This document shows positions 1 through 11,629 of a stretch of DNA of 64,000 bases, one piece after another. Below the pieces are notes generated by a model. That model had not been told where the DNA came from, ran no database searches, and saw only the letters and a list, made by a program, of their open reading frames with translations. The stretch comes from Pelagibacteraceae bacterium AG-426-L23 (GTDB taxonomy: Bacteria > Pseudomonadota > Alphaproteobacteria > Pelagibacterales > Pelagibacteraceae): positions 17,017 through 81,016 of the forward strand of contig QCNU01000002.1 of NCBI GenBank assembly GCA_003213115.1, in the 5' to 3' direction. Position 1 is the first letter of the stretch. The number at the start of each line of letters is the position of its first letter. Both the position numbers and the translations under genes were made by a program.

Positions 1-35
1 AAGGAGGAATTCTTTACGTTCCGCCAGCAAGGTAA
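1..35 (+). CDS. aapJ: C-terminal fragment of general L-amino acid ABC transporter substrate-binding protein (AapJ/BztA/YhdW)
   Basis: Frame from position 3 reads GGILYVPPAR-stop, matching the typical AapJ C-terminus; lies directly upstream of aapQMP. Confidence 0.8.
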   Translation, partial: GGILYVPPAR

Positions 36-56
36 TTATATTTAAAAAAAGACATT

Positions 57-88
57 AAAAGGGCTAGATTTTTCTAGCCCTTTTTTTT
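57..88 (+). terminator. Rho-independent terminator between aapJ and aapQ
   Basis: AAAAGGGCTAGA-tttt-TCTAGCCCTTTT hairpin running into a T8 tract. Confidence 0.9.
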
Positions 89-101
89 ATTTTGGTGCTA
101 A

Positions 102-1298
102 ATGAACATTAAAAAATTTGATTTTGGAATAAATAACTATCTTGAAGATAGGCCTAAACTTAAAAAATATTTACCTCAGGCACTAACACTATTCGCTATA
201 ATTTTTGTACTAGGTTATTTTACCTATAATGCCCAAGTAAATATGGGCAATAGAGGTATTGTATTTGGTTTTGGTTTTTTAACACAAGAGTCATCATTTG
301 ATATTCAATTCTCTCTAATAGATTATGACGGTTCGTATTCTTACGGTAGAGCATATTTAGTTGGACTTTTAAATACGATTTTAGTTTCAGTTATAGGAAT
401 ATTTTTTGCTACATTGCTAGGGGTTATAGTTGGTATATCAAGATTATCTAGTAATTATTTAGTTTCAAAGTTTGCTGAAACATATGTTGAGATTTTTAGA
501 AACATTCCATTACTATTACAAATATTTTTTTGGTATTTTGCTGCACTAAGAGCTTTGCCACTTCCACAAGATGCGATAAATCTTTTTGATGTTACTTATT
601 TAACTGTTAAAGGTTGGTTTGTTCCTAGATTAGTATGGACTAATCTTTCTGTTTTTATCGGCTCTTTAGTACTCGCAATAGTTGCAATTATTTTTACTTA
701 TATTTTTGCAAAGAAAAAACAAGAAAATACAGGTAAAAGAATTCCTGCTTTTTTTATTTCTCTAGGATTGATAATAATTTTGCCTTTATTAACTTTTTTA
801 TTTGGTGGGGTAAAACTAGATTTTGAGTATCCAAAGTTAATTCAACAGGCACCAACAATTTTTAACTTTTCTGGTGGAGTTGGCATTATACCTGAGCTAA
901 TTGCATTAGCTTTAGCACTTTCACTTTATACAGCAACGTTTATAGCTGAGTGTGTAAGAGCTGGTATTATGGGAGTTGGAAAGGGTCAAAAAGAAGCCGC
1001 AGCCTCTATTGGTCTTACTCCAAATCAAACACTTAGATTAGTAGTTATGCCTCAAGCTTTAAGAATAATAATACCTCCAACAACTAATCAGTATCTTAAT
1101 TTAACTAAAAATTCCTCTCTTGCAGCGGCGATAGCATACCCTGATCTTGTTCTAGTTTTCGCTGGAACTGCAATGATGCAAACAGGCAGAGCTATCGAAA
1201 TAGTTTCTATTACTATGTTAACTTACCTAACTTTAAGTATTTTAATATCTATATTTATGAACTGGTATAACAAAAAAATTGCGATTAAAGAAAAATGA
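102..1298 (+). CDS. aapQ: Amino acid ABC transporter permease AapQ
   Basis: Polytopic; YVEIFRNIPLLLQ and EAA loop (GQKEAAASIG), LTKNSSLAAAIAYPDL. Confidence 0.92.
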   Translation: MNIKKFDFGINNYLEDRPKLKKYLPQALTLFAIIFVLGYFTYNAQVNMGNRGIVFGFGFLTQESSFDIQFSLIDYDGSYSYGRAYLVGLLNTILVSVIGIFFATLLGVIVGISRLSSNYLVSKFAETYVEIFRNIPLLLQIFFWYFAALRALPLPQDAINLFDVTYLTVKGWFVPRLVWTNLSVFIGSLVLAIVAIIFTYIFAKKKQENTGKRIPAFFISLGLIIILPLLTFLFGGVKLDFEYPKLIQQAPTIFNFSGGVGIIPELIALALALSLYTATFIAECVRAGIMGVGKGQKEAAASIGLTPNQTLRLVVMPQALRIIIPPTTNQYLNLTKNSSLAAAIAYPDLVLVFAGTAMMQTGRAIEIVSITMLTYLTLSILISIFMNWYNKKIAIKEK

Positions 1299-2557
1299 TA
1301 GATAAACTTGCACTTTTAAGACCTACTAAAGAAAGATTGAATTTATTCATCTTTTTAGGATTTTTGTTTTTTGGATTAGGTATTTACGATCTTGTTTCAA
1401 ACTCATTTTTGAGTAAAAATATCACTTCATTTTTACCTGGAATTTTGAGTTATTTTACACCTTTAATTTTTGGTTTTATAGGACTTCATTTAATTAGAAT
1501 TGAATATAGCGGAAATAGAATATTAGACTCTTTGAACAAAAACATAAATTCAAACTGGTTTAACTCAATTCTAACACTACTTTTAATATTTCTTTTGATA
1601 ATAGGTATACCTGTTTTATTAAATTGGACATTCTTTGATGCTACCTTCACTGGAACTAGCAAAGAAGATTGCACAGGAAATGGGGCTTGTTGGGTTTTTA
1701 TAAACGTGTGGTTCGATAGGCTTATTTATGGTTTATATCCAAACGATCAAATATGGAGAGTAAATGTTGCTTTTATTATTTTAATTTTAACAGTGGGAGC
1801 AGCCTTTTTTGTTCACCAGAAAATTAAGAAATATATAATTATTTTTCTTCTTTTTATATTTCCTTTTATTTTAATTTCATTGCTTTCTGGAGGGAATTTT
1901 GGGCTAGAAAAAATACCTACTAATGAATGGGGTGGTTTAGCCTTGACATTTATTATTTCAATATTTGCAATTCTATTTTGTTTTCCTGTAGGGATGTTTT
2001 TAGCTCTTGGAAGAAGATCTTCATTTCCTGTAATAAGATACTCATCTATTGGCTTTATAGAGTTCTGGAGAGGAGTTCCTTTAATTACAGTTTTATTTAT
2101 GGCGTCAGTAATGTTTCCAATGTTTTTACCAGACGGTACTTTTTTAGATAAACTTATCAGAGTAATAATTGCTATTACCTTATTTGAAGCAGCTTATATG
2201 GCTGAGGTTATAAGAGGAGGTCTCCAAGCTCTTCCAAGAGGCCAGTATGATGCAGGTAAGTCACTTGGAATGAGTTATTGGAAATTACATCTTTTAGTTA
2301 TCTTACCTCAAGCTTTAAAATTAATTATTCCTGGAATTGCTAATACATTTTTAGCTTTAGTAAAAGACACACCTCTTATACTTGTAGTAGGATTATTGGA
2401 ATTAGTTGGAATGATAGATATGGCCAAAACAAATCCAAAATGGTTAGGTTTTGCAGCTGAAGGATATGTATTTGCAGGTTTAGTTTTTTGGATTATCTGC
2501 TATGCTATGAGCAGATATAGTATTAGTCTAGAGAAAAAATATAAAACAGATAGATAA
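1295..2557 (+). CDS. aapM: Amino acid ABC transporter permease AapM
   Basis: C...GACW motif, [31 protein letters not shown]. Confidence 0.92.
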   Translation: MIDKLALLRPTKERLNLFIFLGFLFFGLGIYDLVSNSFLSKNITSFLPGILSYFTPLIFGFIGLHLIRIEYSGNRILDSLNKNINSNWFNSILTLLLIFLLIIGIPVLLNWTFFDATFTGTSKEDCTGNGACWVFINVWFDRLIYGLYPNDQIWRVNVAFIILILTVGAAFFVHQKIKKYIIIFLLFIFPFILISLLSGGNFGLEKIPTNEWGGLALTFIISIFAILFCFPVGMFLALGRRSSFPVIRYSSIGFIEFWRGVPLITVLFMASVMFPMFLPDGTFLDKLIRVIIAITLFEAAYMAEVIRGGLQALPRGQYDAGKSLGMSYWKLHLLVILPQALKLIIPGIANTFLALVKDTPLILVVGLLELVGMIDMAKTNPKWLGFAAEGYVFAGLVFWIICYAMSRYSISLEKKYKTDR

Positions 2558-2564
2558 GGAATTT

Positions 2565-3299
2565 ATGTCAGAAGCTATTATTCAAATGAAAGAAGTAAAT
2601 AAGTGGTTTGGTGATTTTCAAGTTTTAAAAGATATAAATCTTAATGTTTCTGAAAAACAAAGAATAGTAGTGTGCGGACCGTCAGGATCAGGAAAATCTA
2701 CTTTAATAAGATGTATTAATAGATTAGAGGAACATCAGAAAGGACAAATTATTGTTGATGGAAATGAATTGTCAGAAAAAACTAAAGATATAGAAAAAAT
2801 TAGAGCAGAAGTTGGAATGGTTTTTCAACAATTTAATTTATTTCCACATTTATCTATTTTAGACAACTGTTCTTTAGCACCAATTTGGGTAAAAAAAACT
2901 CCTAAGAAAAAAGCAGAAGAATTTGCAATGCAACAATTGGAACAGGTTCAAATCGCTGATCAGGCAAATAAATTTCCAGGACAATTGTCAGGCGGCCAAC
3001 AACAAAGAGCTGCTATTGCCAGGGCGTTATGTATGGAGCCTAAAATTATGCTTTTCGACGAACCTACATCTGCATTAGACCCTGAAATGATCAAAGAAGT
3101 TCTAGATGCAATGGTAACTTTAGCTAAAGGAGGTATGACTATGATAGTTGTTACTCACGAAATGGGTTTTGCGAAAGAAGTTGCTGATGAAGTAATTTTT
3201 ATGGACGAAGGCATGATAGTAGAAAAAGCTAAAACAAAAGAATTTTTTGACAATCCTAAATCTGACAGAACAAAACTGTTTTTAAGTCAAATATTATAA
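2565..3299 (+). CDS. aapP: Amino acid ABC transporter ATP-binding protein AapP
   Basis: Walker [10 protein letters not shown], signature LSGGQQQR, Walker [14 protein letters not shown]. Confidence 0.95.
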   Translation: MSEAIIQMKEVNKWFGDFQVLKDINLNVSEKQRIVVCGPSGSGKSTLIRCINRLEEHQKGQIIVDGNELSEKTKDIEKIRAEVGMVFQQFNLFPHLSILDNCSLAPIWVKKTPKKKAEEFAMQQLEQVQIADQANKFPGQLSGGQQQRAAIARALCMEPKIMLFDEPTSALDPEMIKEVLDAMVTLAKGGMTMIVVTHEMGFAKEVADEVIFMDEGMIVEKAKTKEFFDNPKSDRTKLFLSQIL

Positions 3300-3365
3300 A
3301 ATCATTAAAATATTTTGTAATCTTGTTTTATTTACTCGAATAGTGTATTTCAAAACAAATTATAA

Positions 3366-4043
3366 ATGAAAAAAATCTTTCTTATATTCTTAATTTTAAT
3401 AACAAATAATTCTTTTGCTGATGTTAAGGATTATGAAAATATAAATTATATAGAGTATGATTTGTACAGGAATGACAAACTCATAGGTTATCATAAATAC
3501 AACTTTAAAAGAGATAATGAATTTTTGACGGTGGAAAGCGATGTAATGTTTGAAATTACTAAATTAGGTATAACTCTATATAAATATTATGCAAAAAGTG
3601 AAGAAATTTATAAAAACGATAAGTTTTTCAAGTTTTCAGCGAAAACTAATCAAAATAAGAAAGAAAAATACGCCAATATTTCTCTAAATAAAAATAAAGA
3701 TGAACTTATAATAGATGGATCTTCTTATAAGGGCTCAGCATCTAAAGATTTTATTGTTGGAACATGGTGGAATCATAAAATTACTGAATCAAAAGCACAA
3801 ATAAGCGCTGTTTCTGGAAGAATAATTCAACAAAATGTTGTTTTTAAAGGCAAAAAAGAAATTGAAATTAATGGGAAGAAATATCAGGCTTTACATTATA
3901 ATTTTTCATCTTCAGACAAGAGTTTAGCTAAAGAAAAAAAATTAAATACTGATATTTGGTATGATGCTAAAACTAAAATTTGGATTAAAGCTGCATTTGA
4001 TAAAACTGGATATTGGGAATATAGGTTAAAAAAATCAAATTAA
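3366..4043 (+). CDS. Secreted protein, probable DUF6134 family
   Basis: N-terminal signal peptide ending SFA; beta-rich pattern with IG.H, WWN and DIWYD motifs. Confidence 0.65.
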   Translation: MKKIFLIFLILITNNSFADVKDYENINYIEYDLYRNDKLIGYHKYNFKRDNEFLTVESDVMFEITKLGITLYKYYAKSEEIYKNDKFFKFSAKTNQNKKEKYANISLNKNKDELIIDGSSYKGSASKDFIVGTWWNHKITESKAQISAVSGRIIQQNVVFKGKKEIEINGKKYQALHYNFSSSDKSLAKEKKLNTDIWYDAKTKIWIKAAFDKTGYWEYRLKKSN

Positions 4044-4225
4044 TTTTTTTTGACCATTATTTTTATCTCTAAGTCAATATATTTCTCTTAATAAATTGTT
4101 CTAAATTGGGTCTAAAATGACCAAAAATTAATTCTAAATTTTATTTTTTTGGTATTGCATTCCTCTAGTTTTTAAGGTTGAATTTAATATCTTAAAAGAA
4201 GTAAGGGTCAACTAAAAGGAGTTAA

Positions 4226-4600
4226 ATGGAAGAGAATTTTAATATCCATTTGGGAAAAAAACTGAGAATGAGAAGATTGTCGTTAGGTTTAACCCAAACC
4301 AAGGTAGCCGAAGCAATAAACGTAACTTTCCAACAAATTCAAAAATATGAAAAGGGCACTAATGGTGTGAGTTCTAGTAGACTTATTCAATTATCTAAAT
4401 TCTTGAAAGTTCCAATTACGTATTTTTATGAAGATTATAAAGATTTTGAAGATGTAGAAAAAAATAATTTGGAAAATAATAATGACGATTTAAATTACTC
4501 ATTTTTGACAAAAACTTTCTCATCTTTGTCTAAGACACAAAAAGAGAAAATTTTACAAGTTCTAAAAAACACTTCAAGTTTAGACAAAACTGGAACCTGA
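4226..4600 (+). CDS. XRE-family helix-turn-helix transcriptional regulator
   Basis: LTQTKVAEAINVTFQQIQKYEKGTN HTH; AAAGGAG RBS upstream. Confidence 0.92.
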   Translation: MEENFNIHLGKKLRMRRLSLGLTQTKVAEAINVTFQQIQKYEKGTNGVSSSRLIQLSKFLKVPITYFYEDYKDFEDVEKNNLENNNDDLNYSFLTKTFSSLSKTQKEKILQVLKNTSSLDKTGT

Positions 4601-4643
4601 TTTTCGTTAATTTTATTAATTTAGAGCTGATTGATTAAATTAT

Positions 4644-4719
4644 TGGCTCCTCGGGCAGGACTCGAACCTGCGACCAATTGATTAACAGTCAACTGCTCTA
4701 CCAACTGAGCTACCGAGGA
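4644..4719 (-). tRNA. tRNA-Asn(GTT)
   Basis: Reverse complement TCCTCGGTAGCTCAGTTGGTAGAGCAGTTGACTGTTAATCAATTGGTCGCAGGTTCGAGTCCTGCCCGAGGAGCCA; cloverleaf with encoded CCA. Confidence 0.97.
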
Positions 4720-4765
4720 ATTAAATCAACATACTTTTTTTAAAAATACAAAACAACTAAATTTT

Positions 4766-4839
4766 TGGAGGCCACGCCCAGAATCGAACTGGGATAAAAG
4801 GATTTGCAATCCTCTGCGTAACCATTCCGCCACGTGGCC
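4766..4839 (-). tRNA. tRNA-Cys(GCA)
   Basis: Reverse complement starts GGCCACGTGGCGGAATGG, anticodon loop TTGCAAA, T-loop TTCGATT, ends TCCA. Confidence 0.96.
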
Positions 4840-4937
4840 AATAATGCTTCTTTTAAATCATTTAATAGCTTCAATAAAGGAAAATCTAAGTCTTTTAGGT
4901 TTTTGTTCATTTGATATAAACTATATAAATCTTAAAA

Positions 4938-7586
4938 ATGGAATTTAAAAAATATAATCACCTAAAAGAAGAAAAAAAAATCTCAGATTTTTGGATAAAA
5001 AAAGGTTTATTTAAACCCAAAAAAACAAAGGTTAAAAAATACTTTTCAATAGTAATACCCCCACCTAATGTGACTGGAAAATTACATATGGGACATGCTC
5101 TAAATAATAGTCTCCAAGATGTTTTAGTTAGATTTTATAGAATGAAAGGTTTCGAAACATTGTGGCAGCCAGGAACTGATCATGCAGGAATAGCCACCCA
5201 AGCAATCGTAGAAAAAAATCTACAAAAAAAAGGCATTAAAAAAAATGACCTGGGTAGAGAAAAATTTATTGAAGAAGTTTGGAAATGGAAAGATGACTCA
5301 GGACAAATAATTTTAGATCAATTAAAAAAATTAGGCTGTTCCTGTGATTGGTCTAGAACGAGATTTACTATGGATAAAGATTTATCAAAAGCAGTGACTA
5401 AAGTGTTTGTTGATCTTTATAATCATAAACTAATCTATAAAGATAAAAAACTTGTTAATTGGGATACACATCTTCAAACAGCTATTTCAGATTTAGAGGT
5501 AATACAAAAAGATGTTCAATCGCAACTATACTATATCGATTATCAATTAGAAAACTCCGAAACAAAAATTACCATTGCAACTACAAGGCCTGAGACAATG
5601 ATGGGAGATACTGCAGTTGCTGTAAATCCTAAAGATACAAGATATTTAAATCTAATAGGGAAAAATGTAAAAATTCCTATGGTTAATAGAACCGTTAAAA
5701 TAATAGCAGATCATTATGCTGATCCTGAACAAGGTTCTGGAGCAGTTAAAATAACACCAGCTCATGATTTCAATGATTACGAAGTTGGTAAAAGAAATAA
5801 TTTAGATATTATTAATATTTTTGAAAAAAATGGAAAAATAAATAAAAATGGCATTAAAGAATTTGTTGGTTTGGATAGATTCGAAGCAAGAAAACTTTTA
5901 ACAAAACAACTTAAGGAAAATGGAAATTTAGTTAAAATTGAAACTATTAAAAATAAAGTTCCTTATGGAGACAGATCAAATTCAATTATTGAACCACTTT
6001 TAACCGAACAATGGTTTGTAGATGCTAAAAAACTTTCTAAAAAACCAATCAAAATAGTCAACGATAATAAAACTTCTTTTTTTCCAAGTAGTTGGACTAA
6101 AACTTTTTTTCTTTGGATGAAAAATATAGAACCTTGGTGTATATCCCGTCAAATCTGGTGGGGCCATAGAATTCCTGCTTGGTATGATGATAACAATAAT
6201 ATCTTTGTTGCAGAAAATGAAAAAGATGCACTAAATCTTGCAAATAAAAAAAATAAACACAAAAAATTTAAACTAAAACAAGAAACAGATGTATTAGATA
6301 CATGGTTCTCTTCTGCCTTATGGCCATTTGCTACTTTAGGTTGGCCAATTAAAACAAAGGAATTCTTAAAATTTTATCCCACTTCTGTGTTAGTGACAGG
6401 CTTTGATATAATCTTTTTTTGGGTAGCAAGAATGTTAATGATGGGGAACTATTTTAATAAGCAGACACCATTTTATAAAGTTTATGTTCACGCACTAGTA
6501 AGGGATGAAAAAGGACAAAAAATGTCTAAATCAAAAGGAAACGTTATTGATCCTTTAGAACTTATAAATGAATATGGAGCTGATAGTTTAAGATTTACTT
6601 TAATTTCAATGGCTTCACCGGGAAGGGATGTAAAATTATCAAGGGATAGAGTAAAGGGAAATCGAAATTTTATAACAAAAATGTGGAGTGCAAATAATTT
6701 TTTAAATCTTAATAATTGTAAACTAGACAAAAAAGTAAACTTACAATCTATAAAACTTCCAATTAATCAATGGATATTTAATGAATTTATTAAGACACAA
6801 AATATAATATCAAAAAACATTCAAATATTTAGATTTGATGAAGCAGCTAAAAATGCATATCAATTTGTATGGCACTCTTATTGTGATTGGTATTTAGAGT
6901 TTTTAAAACCAGTTTTTAATTCAAAAAATAAAGCCCAAGTTAATGAAGCAAAGGTATTCTCATCATTTATGATGGTTAATATTTTAAAAATTTTACACCC
7001 CTTTATACCTTTTTTTACAGAGGCTGTTTGGTCAAAAAATAAATACAAAGCAGTTCTTAAACAAGATTTAATCTCATCTTCCTGGCCAAATTATAAAAAT
7101 ATAAAAAGATTTAATAAATATCAAAATGATATAAATAACATAATAGAGTTAATTTCAAATATCAGATCTACTAAAGCTGAATTAAAGATAACACCAAAAC
7201 TTTTTTGTAATCTCTCATTTTCTGAAAAGCCTAAAAAACTTAGAAAATTAATAAATGAGAATTTAAGTCTAATCAAGCAAGTTGGAAGAATAAACGGTAT
7301 CGTGGAAAATAATACAAATGATAAAAATTCTATTGATATTTTAGTTTTAAAAGAAAAACTTTCTCTTGGATTTACTGAAGATGTTGATTTAGTCTCTCAA
7401 AAAGAGAGAATTCTTCATAAGATAGAAAGTATAAACAAACAAATCAATAGCCTTAATAATAAGCTTAAAAATAAGGCTTATATTAAAAATGCGCCTAAAG
7501 AGATTGTCCAAAATGATAAAAAATTAGTTAAAGAATTAACTGTTGAAGATGGAAAATTAAGAAGTATTGTATCAAGTATTAATTAA
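4938..7586 (+). CDS. valS: Valine--tRNA ligase
   Basis: [42 protein letters not shown]. Confidence 0.98.
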   Translation: MEFKKYNHLKEEKKISDFWIKKGLFKPKKTKVKKYFSIVIPPPNVTGKLHMGHALNNSLQDVLVRFYRMKGFETLWQPGTDHAGIATQAIVEKNLQKKGIKKNDLGREKFIEEVWKWKDDSGQIILDQLKKLGCSCDWSRTRFTMDKDLSKAVTKVFVDLYNHKLIYKDKKLVNWDTHLQTAISDLEVIQKDVQSQLYYIDYQLENSETKITIATTRPETMMGDTAVAVNPKDTRYLNLIGKNVKIPMVNRTVKIIADHYADPEQGSGAVKITPAHDFNDYEVGKRNNLDIINIFEKNGKINKNGIKEFVGLDRFEARKLLTKQLKENGNLVKIETIKNKVPYGDRSNSIIEPLLTEQWFVDAKKLSKKPIKIVNDNKTSFFPSSWTKTFFLWMKNIEPWCISRQIWWGHRIPAWYDDNNNIFVAENEKDALNLANKKNKHKKFKLKQETDVLDTWFSSALWPFATLGWPIKTKEFLKFYPTSVLVTGFDIIFFWVARMLMMGNYFNKQTPFYKVYVHALVRDEKGQKMSKSKGNVIDPLELINEYGADSLRFTLISMASPGRDVKLSRDRVKGNRNFITKMWSANNFLNLNNCKLDKKVNLQSIKLPINQWIFNEFIKTQNIISKNIQIFRFDEAAKNAYQFVWHSYCDWYLEFLKPVFNSKNKAQVNEAKVFSSFMMVNILKILHPFIPFFTEAVWSKNKYKAVLKQDLISSSWPNYKNIKRFNKYQNDINNIIELISNIRSTKAELKITPKLFCNLSFSEKPKKLRKLINENLSLIKQVGRINGIVENNTNDKNSIDILVLKEKLSLGFTEDVDLVSQKERILHKIESINKQINSLNNKLKNKAYIKNAPKEIVQNDKKLVKELTVEDGKLRSIVSSIN

Positions 7587-7588
7587 AT

Positions 7589-9307
7589 ATGTCTAAAATA
7601 AATAAGAAAAAACTACCCAGTCGTCATACATCTTTAGGACCTGATAGAGCTCCTCATCGTTCTTTTTATTATGCGATGGGTGAAACAGAACAAGATGTAG
7701 CTAAACCATTCGTAGGTGTTGTATCAACTTGGAATGAAGCAGCGCCTTGCAATACAGCCTTAATGAGACAAGCACAGTCAGTTAAAAAAGGTGTTAAACA
7801 ATTTGGAGGAACACCAAGAGAATTTTGCACAATAACTGTTACTGACGGCATAGCTATGGGACACGAAGGAATGAAGTCCTCTTTGATTTCAAGAGAAATC
7901 ATAGCTGACTCGGCGGAACTTACAGTAAGAGGACATTGTTATGATGCTTTAGTTGGTATAGCTGGATGTGATAAATCATTGCCAGGTTTGATGATGTCAA
8001 TGTTAAGATTAAATGTTCCTAGCGTTTTTATTTACGGAGGTTCAATACTGCCGGGAAAATATAAAGGCAAAGATGTTACTGTAGTTGATGTTTTTGAAGC
8101 TGTTGGTAAACATTCCTCTGGTTCAATGTCATTAGATGAACTTAGAGAATTAGAATTAGTTGCATGTCCTAGTGCAGGGGCTTGTGGAGGTCAGTTTACT
8201 GCTAACACAATGGCATGTGTTTCAGAAGCCATAGGTTTAGCTTTACCTTATTCTGCTGGAACCCCTGCTCCTTATGAAGAAAGGGATAAGTACGCTTTTG
8301 AGAGCGGTAAAACAGTAATGAATTTATTAGAAAAAAATATAAAACCTAGAAGTATAGTCACAAAAAAATCTTTAGAAAATGCTGCAACAATAGTAGCTGC
8401 CACAGGTGGTTCAACAAATGCTGCTCTTCATTTGCCAGCTTTAGCAAACGAAATAGGAGTTAAGTTTGATTTAATGGATGTAGCAAAAATATTTAAAAAA
8501 ACCCCTTATCTTGCAGATTTGAAACCAGGTGGAAAATATGTTGCAAAAGATATGTGGGAGGCTGGAGGAGTTCCAATGTTATTAAAAACTTTATTTGAAG
8601 GTGGTTTTATTCATGGAGATTGTATGACCGTTACAGGTAAAACTATGAAAGAAAATTTAAGAGATGTAAAATTTAATCCTAATCAAAAAGTTTTAAGAGC
8701 TTTTAATAATCCTTTATCTCCAGATGGAGGAGTTGTTGGATTAAAAGGCAACTTAGCCCCAGAAGGAGCAATTGTAAAAATAGCTGGTCTAAAAAAGTTA
8801 CAATTTACTGGTAAAGCCAGATGTTTTGATAATGAAGAAGATGCAATGAAAGCAGTTCAAAACCAAAAATATAAAGATGGTGACATAATTATAATTAGAT
8901 ATGAAGGACCTAGAGGAGGACCGGGCATGAGAGAAATGCTATCAACAACCGGTGCAATTTACGGTCAAGGTAAAGGAGAAAAAGTTGCCTTAATAACAGA
9001 TGGAAGATTCTCTGGTGCTACTAGAGGTTTCTGTGTTGGACACGTTGGTCCTGAAGCTGCTTTAGGGGGTCCAATAGCACTTCTTAAAAACGGAGATATT
9101 ATTGATATTGACGCCAAAAAAGGAGTTATAAATGTCAGATTAACCAAATCCCAATTAGCTTCTAGAAAGAAAAAATGGAAAGCCAAAAAAACTTCTTTTG
9201 GTTCAGGCACACTGTGGAAGTATGCCCAAACAGTTGGGCCAGCTTACCTTGGTGCTCCTACCCATCCTGGCAAGAAAAAAGAAGTCAAAGAATACTCTAA
9301 GATTTAA
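7589..9307 (+). CDS. ilvD: Dihydroxy-acid dehydratase
   Basis: [29 protein letters not shown] motifs. Confidence 0.95.
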   Translation: MSKINKKKLPSRHTSLGPDRAPHRSFYYAMGETEQDVAKPFVGVVSTWNEAAPCNTALMRQAQSVKKGVKQFGGTPREFCTITVTDGIAMGHEGMKSSLISREIIADSAELTVRGHCYDALVGIAGCDKSLPGLMMSMLRLNVPSVFIYGGSILPGKYKGKDVTVVDVFEAVGKHSSGSMSLDELRELELVACPSAGACGGQFTANTMACVSEAIGLALPYSAGTPAPYEERDKYAFESGKTVMNLLEKNIKPRSIVTKKSLENAATIVAATGGSTNAALHLPALANEIGVKFDLMDVAKIFKKTPYLADLKPGGKYVAKDMWEAGGVPMLLKTLFEGGFIHGDCMTVTGKTMKENLRDVKFNPNQKVLRAFNNPLSPDGGVVGLKGNLAPEGAIVKIAGLKKLQFTGKARCFDNEEDAMKAVQNQKYKDGDIIIIRYEGPRGGPGMREMLSTTGAIYGQGKGEKVALITDGRFSGATRGFCVGHVGPEAALGGPIALLKNGDIIDIDAKKGVINVRLTKSQLASRKKKWKAKKTSFGSGTLWKYAQTVGPAYLGAPTHPGKKKEVKEYSKI

Positions 9308-10512
9308 TGAAGATCAGACCAGTTATTTTATGTGGAGGGTCTGGAACAAGGCTATGGCCTAATTCAAAGAAAAATCAAGCTAAACAATTCATAGATTTTG
9401 GCGGTTGGACTTTGTTAGGTAAAACTTTAGAAAGAATTAAAATTTCCCTATTTGATACACCTATAATTAGTACTAACTCAAAATATCTTAAAGACATCAA
9501 AATACACTTAAAGAAATACAAAATTAAGAAATATAAAATTATATTAGAGCCCGCTAAAAAAAATACAGGACCAGCTATTCTTTCCTCAGCTCTTATAAAA
9601 GATATTCCGGAGAAACAACCTCTTATTTTTTTGTCTGCAGATCATTTGATCAAAAATGTAGGTAGATTTAATAAACAAATTAAAAGGAATAAAAAATACC
9701 TTACTGATAAAAACATTTTTATTTTCGGTATAAAACCTAGTTGTCCATCTGATCAGTTTGGCTATTTTATAACAAAAAAAAACAAAAACAATTTGAATAA
9801 AGTAACTAAATTTTTAGAAAAACCCAAAGAATCAAAAGCTAAGAAAATAATTAGAAAAGGTGGTTATTGGAATTCTGGTATGTTTTTTATTAGAAAAGAT
9901 TCAGTATTAAATCATTTTAAAAAATATCAAAAAAATATGTATAAAAATTCCCTTAAAGCTCTAGAAAAAAGTAAATTAAAAAATAGTATTTTTTATTTGA
10001 ATAAAAGAGCGTTTATGAGAAATCCTTCTAAATCCTTTGATTATGCAATACTGGAAAAAACCAAAGATATAAATGCAATCAAATTAGATATCCCTTGGTC
10101 TGATCTAGGTAGTTGGAGGGAAATTCTTTTAATGTATAATAATATTAAAAACAGATATTTTAAAAATAAAAATACTTTCTATAGACCATGGGGAAAATAC
10201 ACCAACTTATTTAATGGTAATAATTTCCTAATCAAAGAATTATACGTTAAACCAAAAGGTATTTTGAGTTTACAAAAACATTTCTATCGATCCGAACATT
10301 GGGTAGTGACACAAGGCATTCCAAAAATTACTCTTAATAATAAATTCTTTTCAAGAAAACCCAAGGAAACAATTTTTATTCCTAAAGGAGCAATACATAG
10401 AATACATAATACTAGTAAAAAACCAGTAAAAATAATGGAAGTTCAATTAGGTTCGATTTTAAAAGAAAGCGACATTGTAAGATATAAAGATATTTACGGT
10501 AGAGCTAATTAA
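9307..10512 (+). CDS. manC: Mannose-1-phosphate guanylyltransferase / mannose-6-phosphate isomerase (type II, cupin C-terminus)
   Basis: ILCGGSGTRLWP, WNSGMF, WSDLGSW, RPWG, LSLQKH..RSEHW. Confidence 0.88.
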   Translation: MKIRPVILCGGSGTRLWPNSKKNQAKQFIDFGGWTLLGKTLERIKISLFDTPIISTNSKYLKDIKIHLKKYKIKKYKIILEPAKKNTGPAILSSALIKDIPEKQPLIFLSADHLIKNVGRFNKQIKRNKKYLTDKNIFIFGIKPSCPSDQFGYFITKKNKNNLNKVTKFLEKPKESKAKKIIRKGGYWNSGMFFIRKDSVLNHFKKYQKNMYKNSLKALEKSKLKNSIFYLNKRAFMRNPSKSFDYAILEKTKDINAIKLDIPWSDLGSWREILLMYNNIKNRYFKNKNTFYRPWGKYTNLFNGNNFLIKELYVKPKGILSLQKHFYRSEHWVVTQGIPKITLNNKFFSRKPKETIFIPKGAIHRIHNTSKKPVKIMEVQLGSILKESDIVRYKDIYGRAN

Positions 10513-11281
10513 TTTCTATTTCAATTGGAGTGTGATCAGAAGGTTTGACTTTTCCCCTTGGTTTTTTATTTATATTTACTGTTTTAACTTTGTTTAATAG
10601 GCTGTTTGAAACTAAAAAATGATCTATTCTCATTCCATAATTTTTTTGCCAAGAGCCAGCCATATAGTCCCAAAACGTATACTCAGTTTTTTCTTTATTT
10701 AAAAATCTATAAATATCTTGAAAACCGAGGTTAAGAAGTTCTCTAAATTTTTTTCTTATTTCAAGTTTGAAAAGAGCATCGTTTTCAAATTTCTTAAAAT
10801 TATATACATCAATTTCTTCTGGTATCACATTAAAGTCACCACCTATGATAATATTTTTATTTATTAAAAGTTTATTTTTTACTTCTTTTATAAAAGACTT
10901 AAGCCAAATTTTTTTATATTCATATTTTTCAGTTTCTATTGGGTTGCCGTTTGGAACATATATATTAATTAGTTTAATTTCTTCAGATTTATTTTTAATA
11001 TTAGCTTCTATAATTCTTGACTGATTGAATTTATCTTTAATAAAACTTTTATTAATTTTATCTATTTTTTTTTTAGATAAAAATGCCACTCCATTATAAC
11101 TTTTTTGACCATAGACGTAGCTTTCATAACCTGAATTCTTTAAATCTTCATATGGAAAGGTTTTATCTTCAGTTTTGATCTCTTGAATCATTAATATATC
11201 TGGAGATGTGTCCTTTAAATACTCAATGATATTTTTTATTCTTGCCCTAACAGAGTTAACGTTCCATGATGAAATTTTCAT
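10505..11281 (-). CDS. xth: Exodeoxyribonuclease III (start trimmed to MKISSWN)
   Basis: SWNVNS, QEIK, YVPNG, GDFN, RIDH, SDH; start overlaps the upstream stop (TAATG). Confidence 0.95.
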   Translation of the reverse strand: MKISSWNVNSVRARIKNIIEYLKDTSPDILMIQEIKTEDKTFPYEDLKNSGYESYVYGQKSYNGVAFLSKKKIDKINKSFIKDKFNQSRIIEANIKNKSEEIKLINIYVPNGNPIETEKYEYKKIWLKSFIKEVKNKLLINKNIIIGGDFNVIPEEIDVYNFKKFENDALFKLEIRKKFRELLNLGFQDIYRFLNKEKTEYTFWDYMAGSWQKNYGMRIDHFLVSNSLLNKVKTVNINKKPRGKVKPSDHTPIEIEIN

Positions 11282-11598
11282 TAAACAGAAAAAGAAAGAC
11301 CACAACCACAAGAAGACTGAGCTTTTGGATTATTAACTACAAATGAATTACCAATCATTTCTTTTTTATAATCTATAACAGACCCATTTATTAACTCTAA
11401 TGAATTATTATCAATTACAGTTTTTTCAAAAATGTTATCATTAGGTTTAACTTTATCATCAAAGGTAAAACTGTATTTAAACCCAGAGCAACCTCCGCCT
11501 TTAACAGAAATTCTAAAGTAAGTTTTAGAACCATTTTCTAAAACAATTTTTTTAATTTGTTCTGTTGCATTCTTAGTAAATTCTATTTTTTTAGCCAT
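11281..11598 (-). CDS. A-type Fe-S cluster carrier (HesB/IscA/ErpA family)
   Basis: GGGCSGF and NP...SCGCG.SF motifs. Confidence 0.93.
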   Translation of the reverse strand: MAKKIEFTKNATEQIKKIVLENGSKTYFRISVKGGGCSGFKYSFTFDDKVKPNDNIFEKTVIDNNSLELINGSVIDYKKEMIGNSFVVNNPKAQSSCGCGLSFSV

Positions 11599-11629
11599 TT
11601 TAATGTAGTATACATTTTAAGATCATTTT

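Noticed and set aside
11282-11311. N-terminal extension MWLWSFFFCL of xth
   Set aside because: Overlaps the iscA-like gene in another frame; the family start is MKISSWN at 11281
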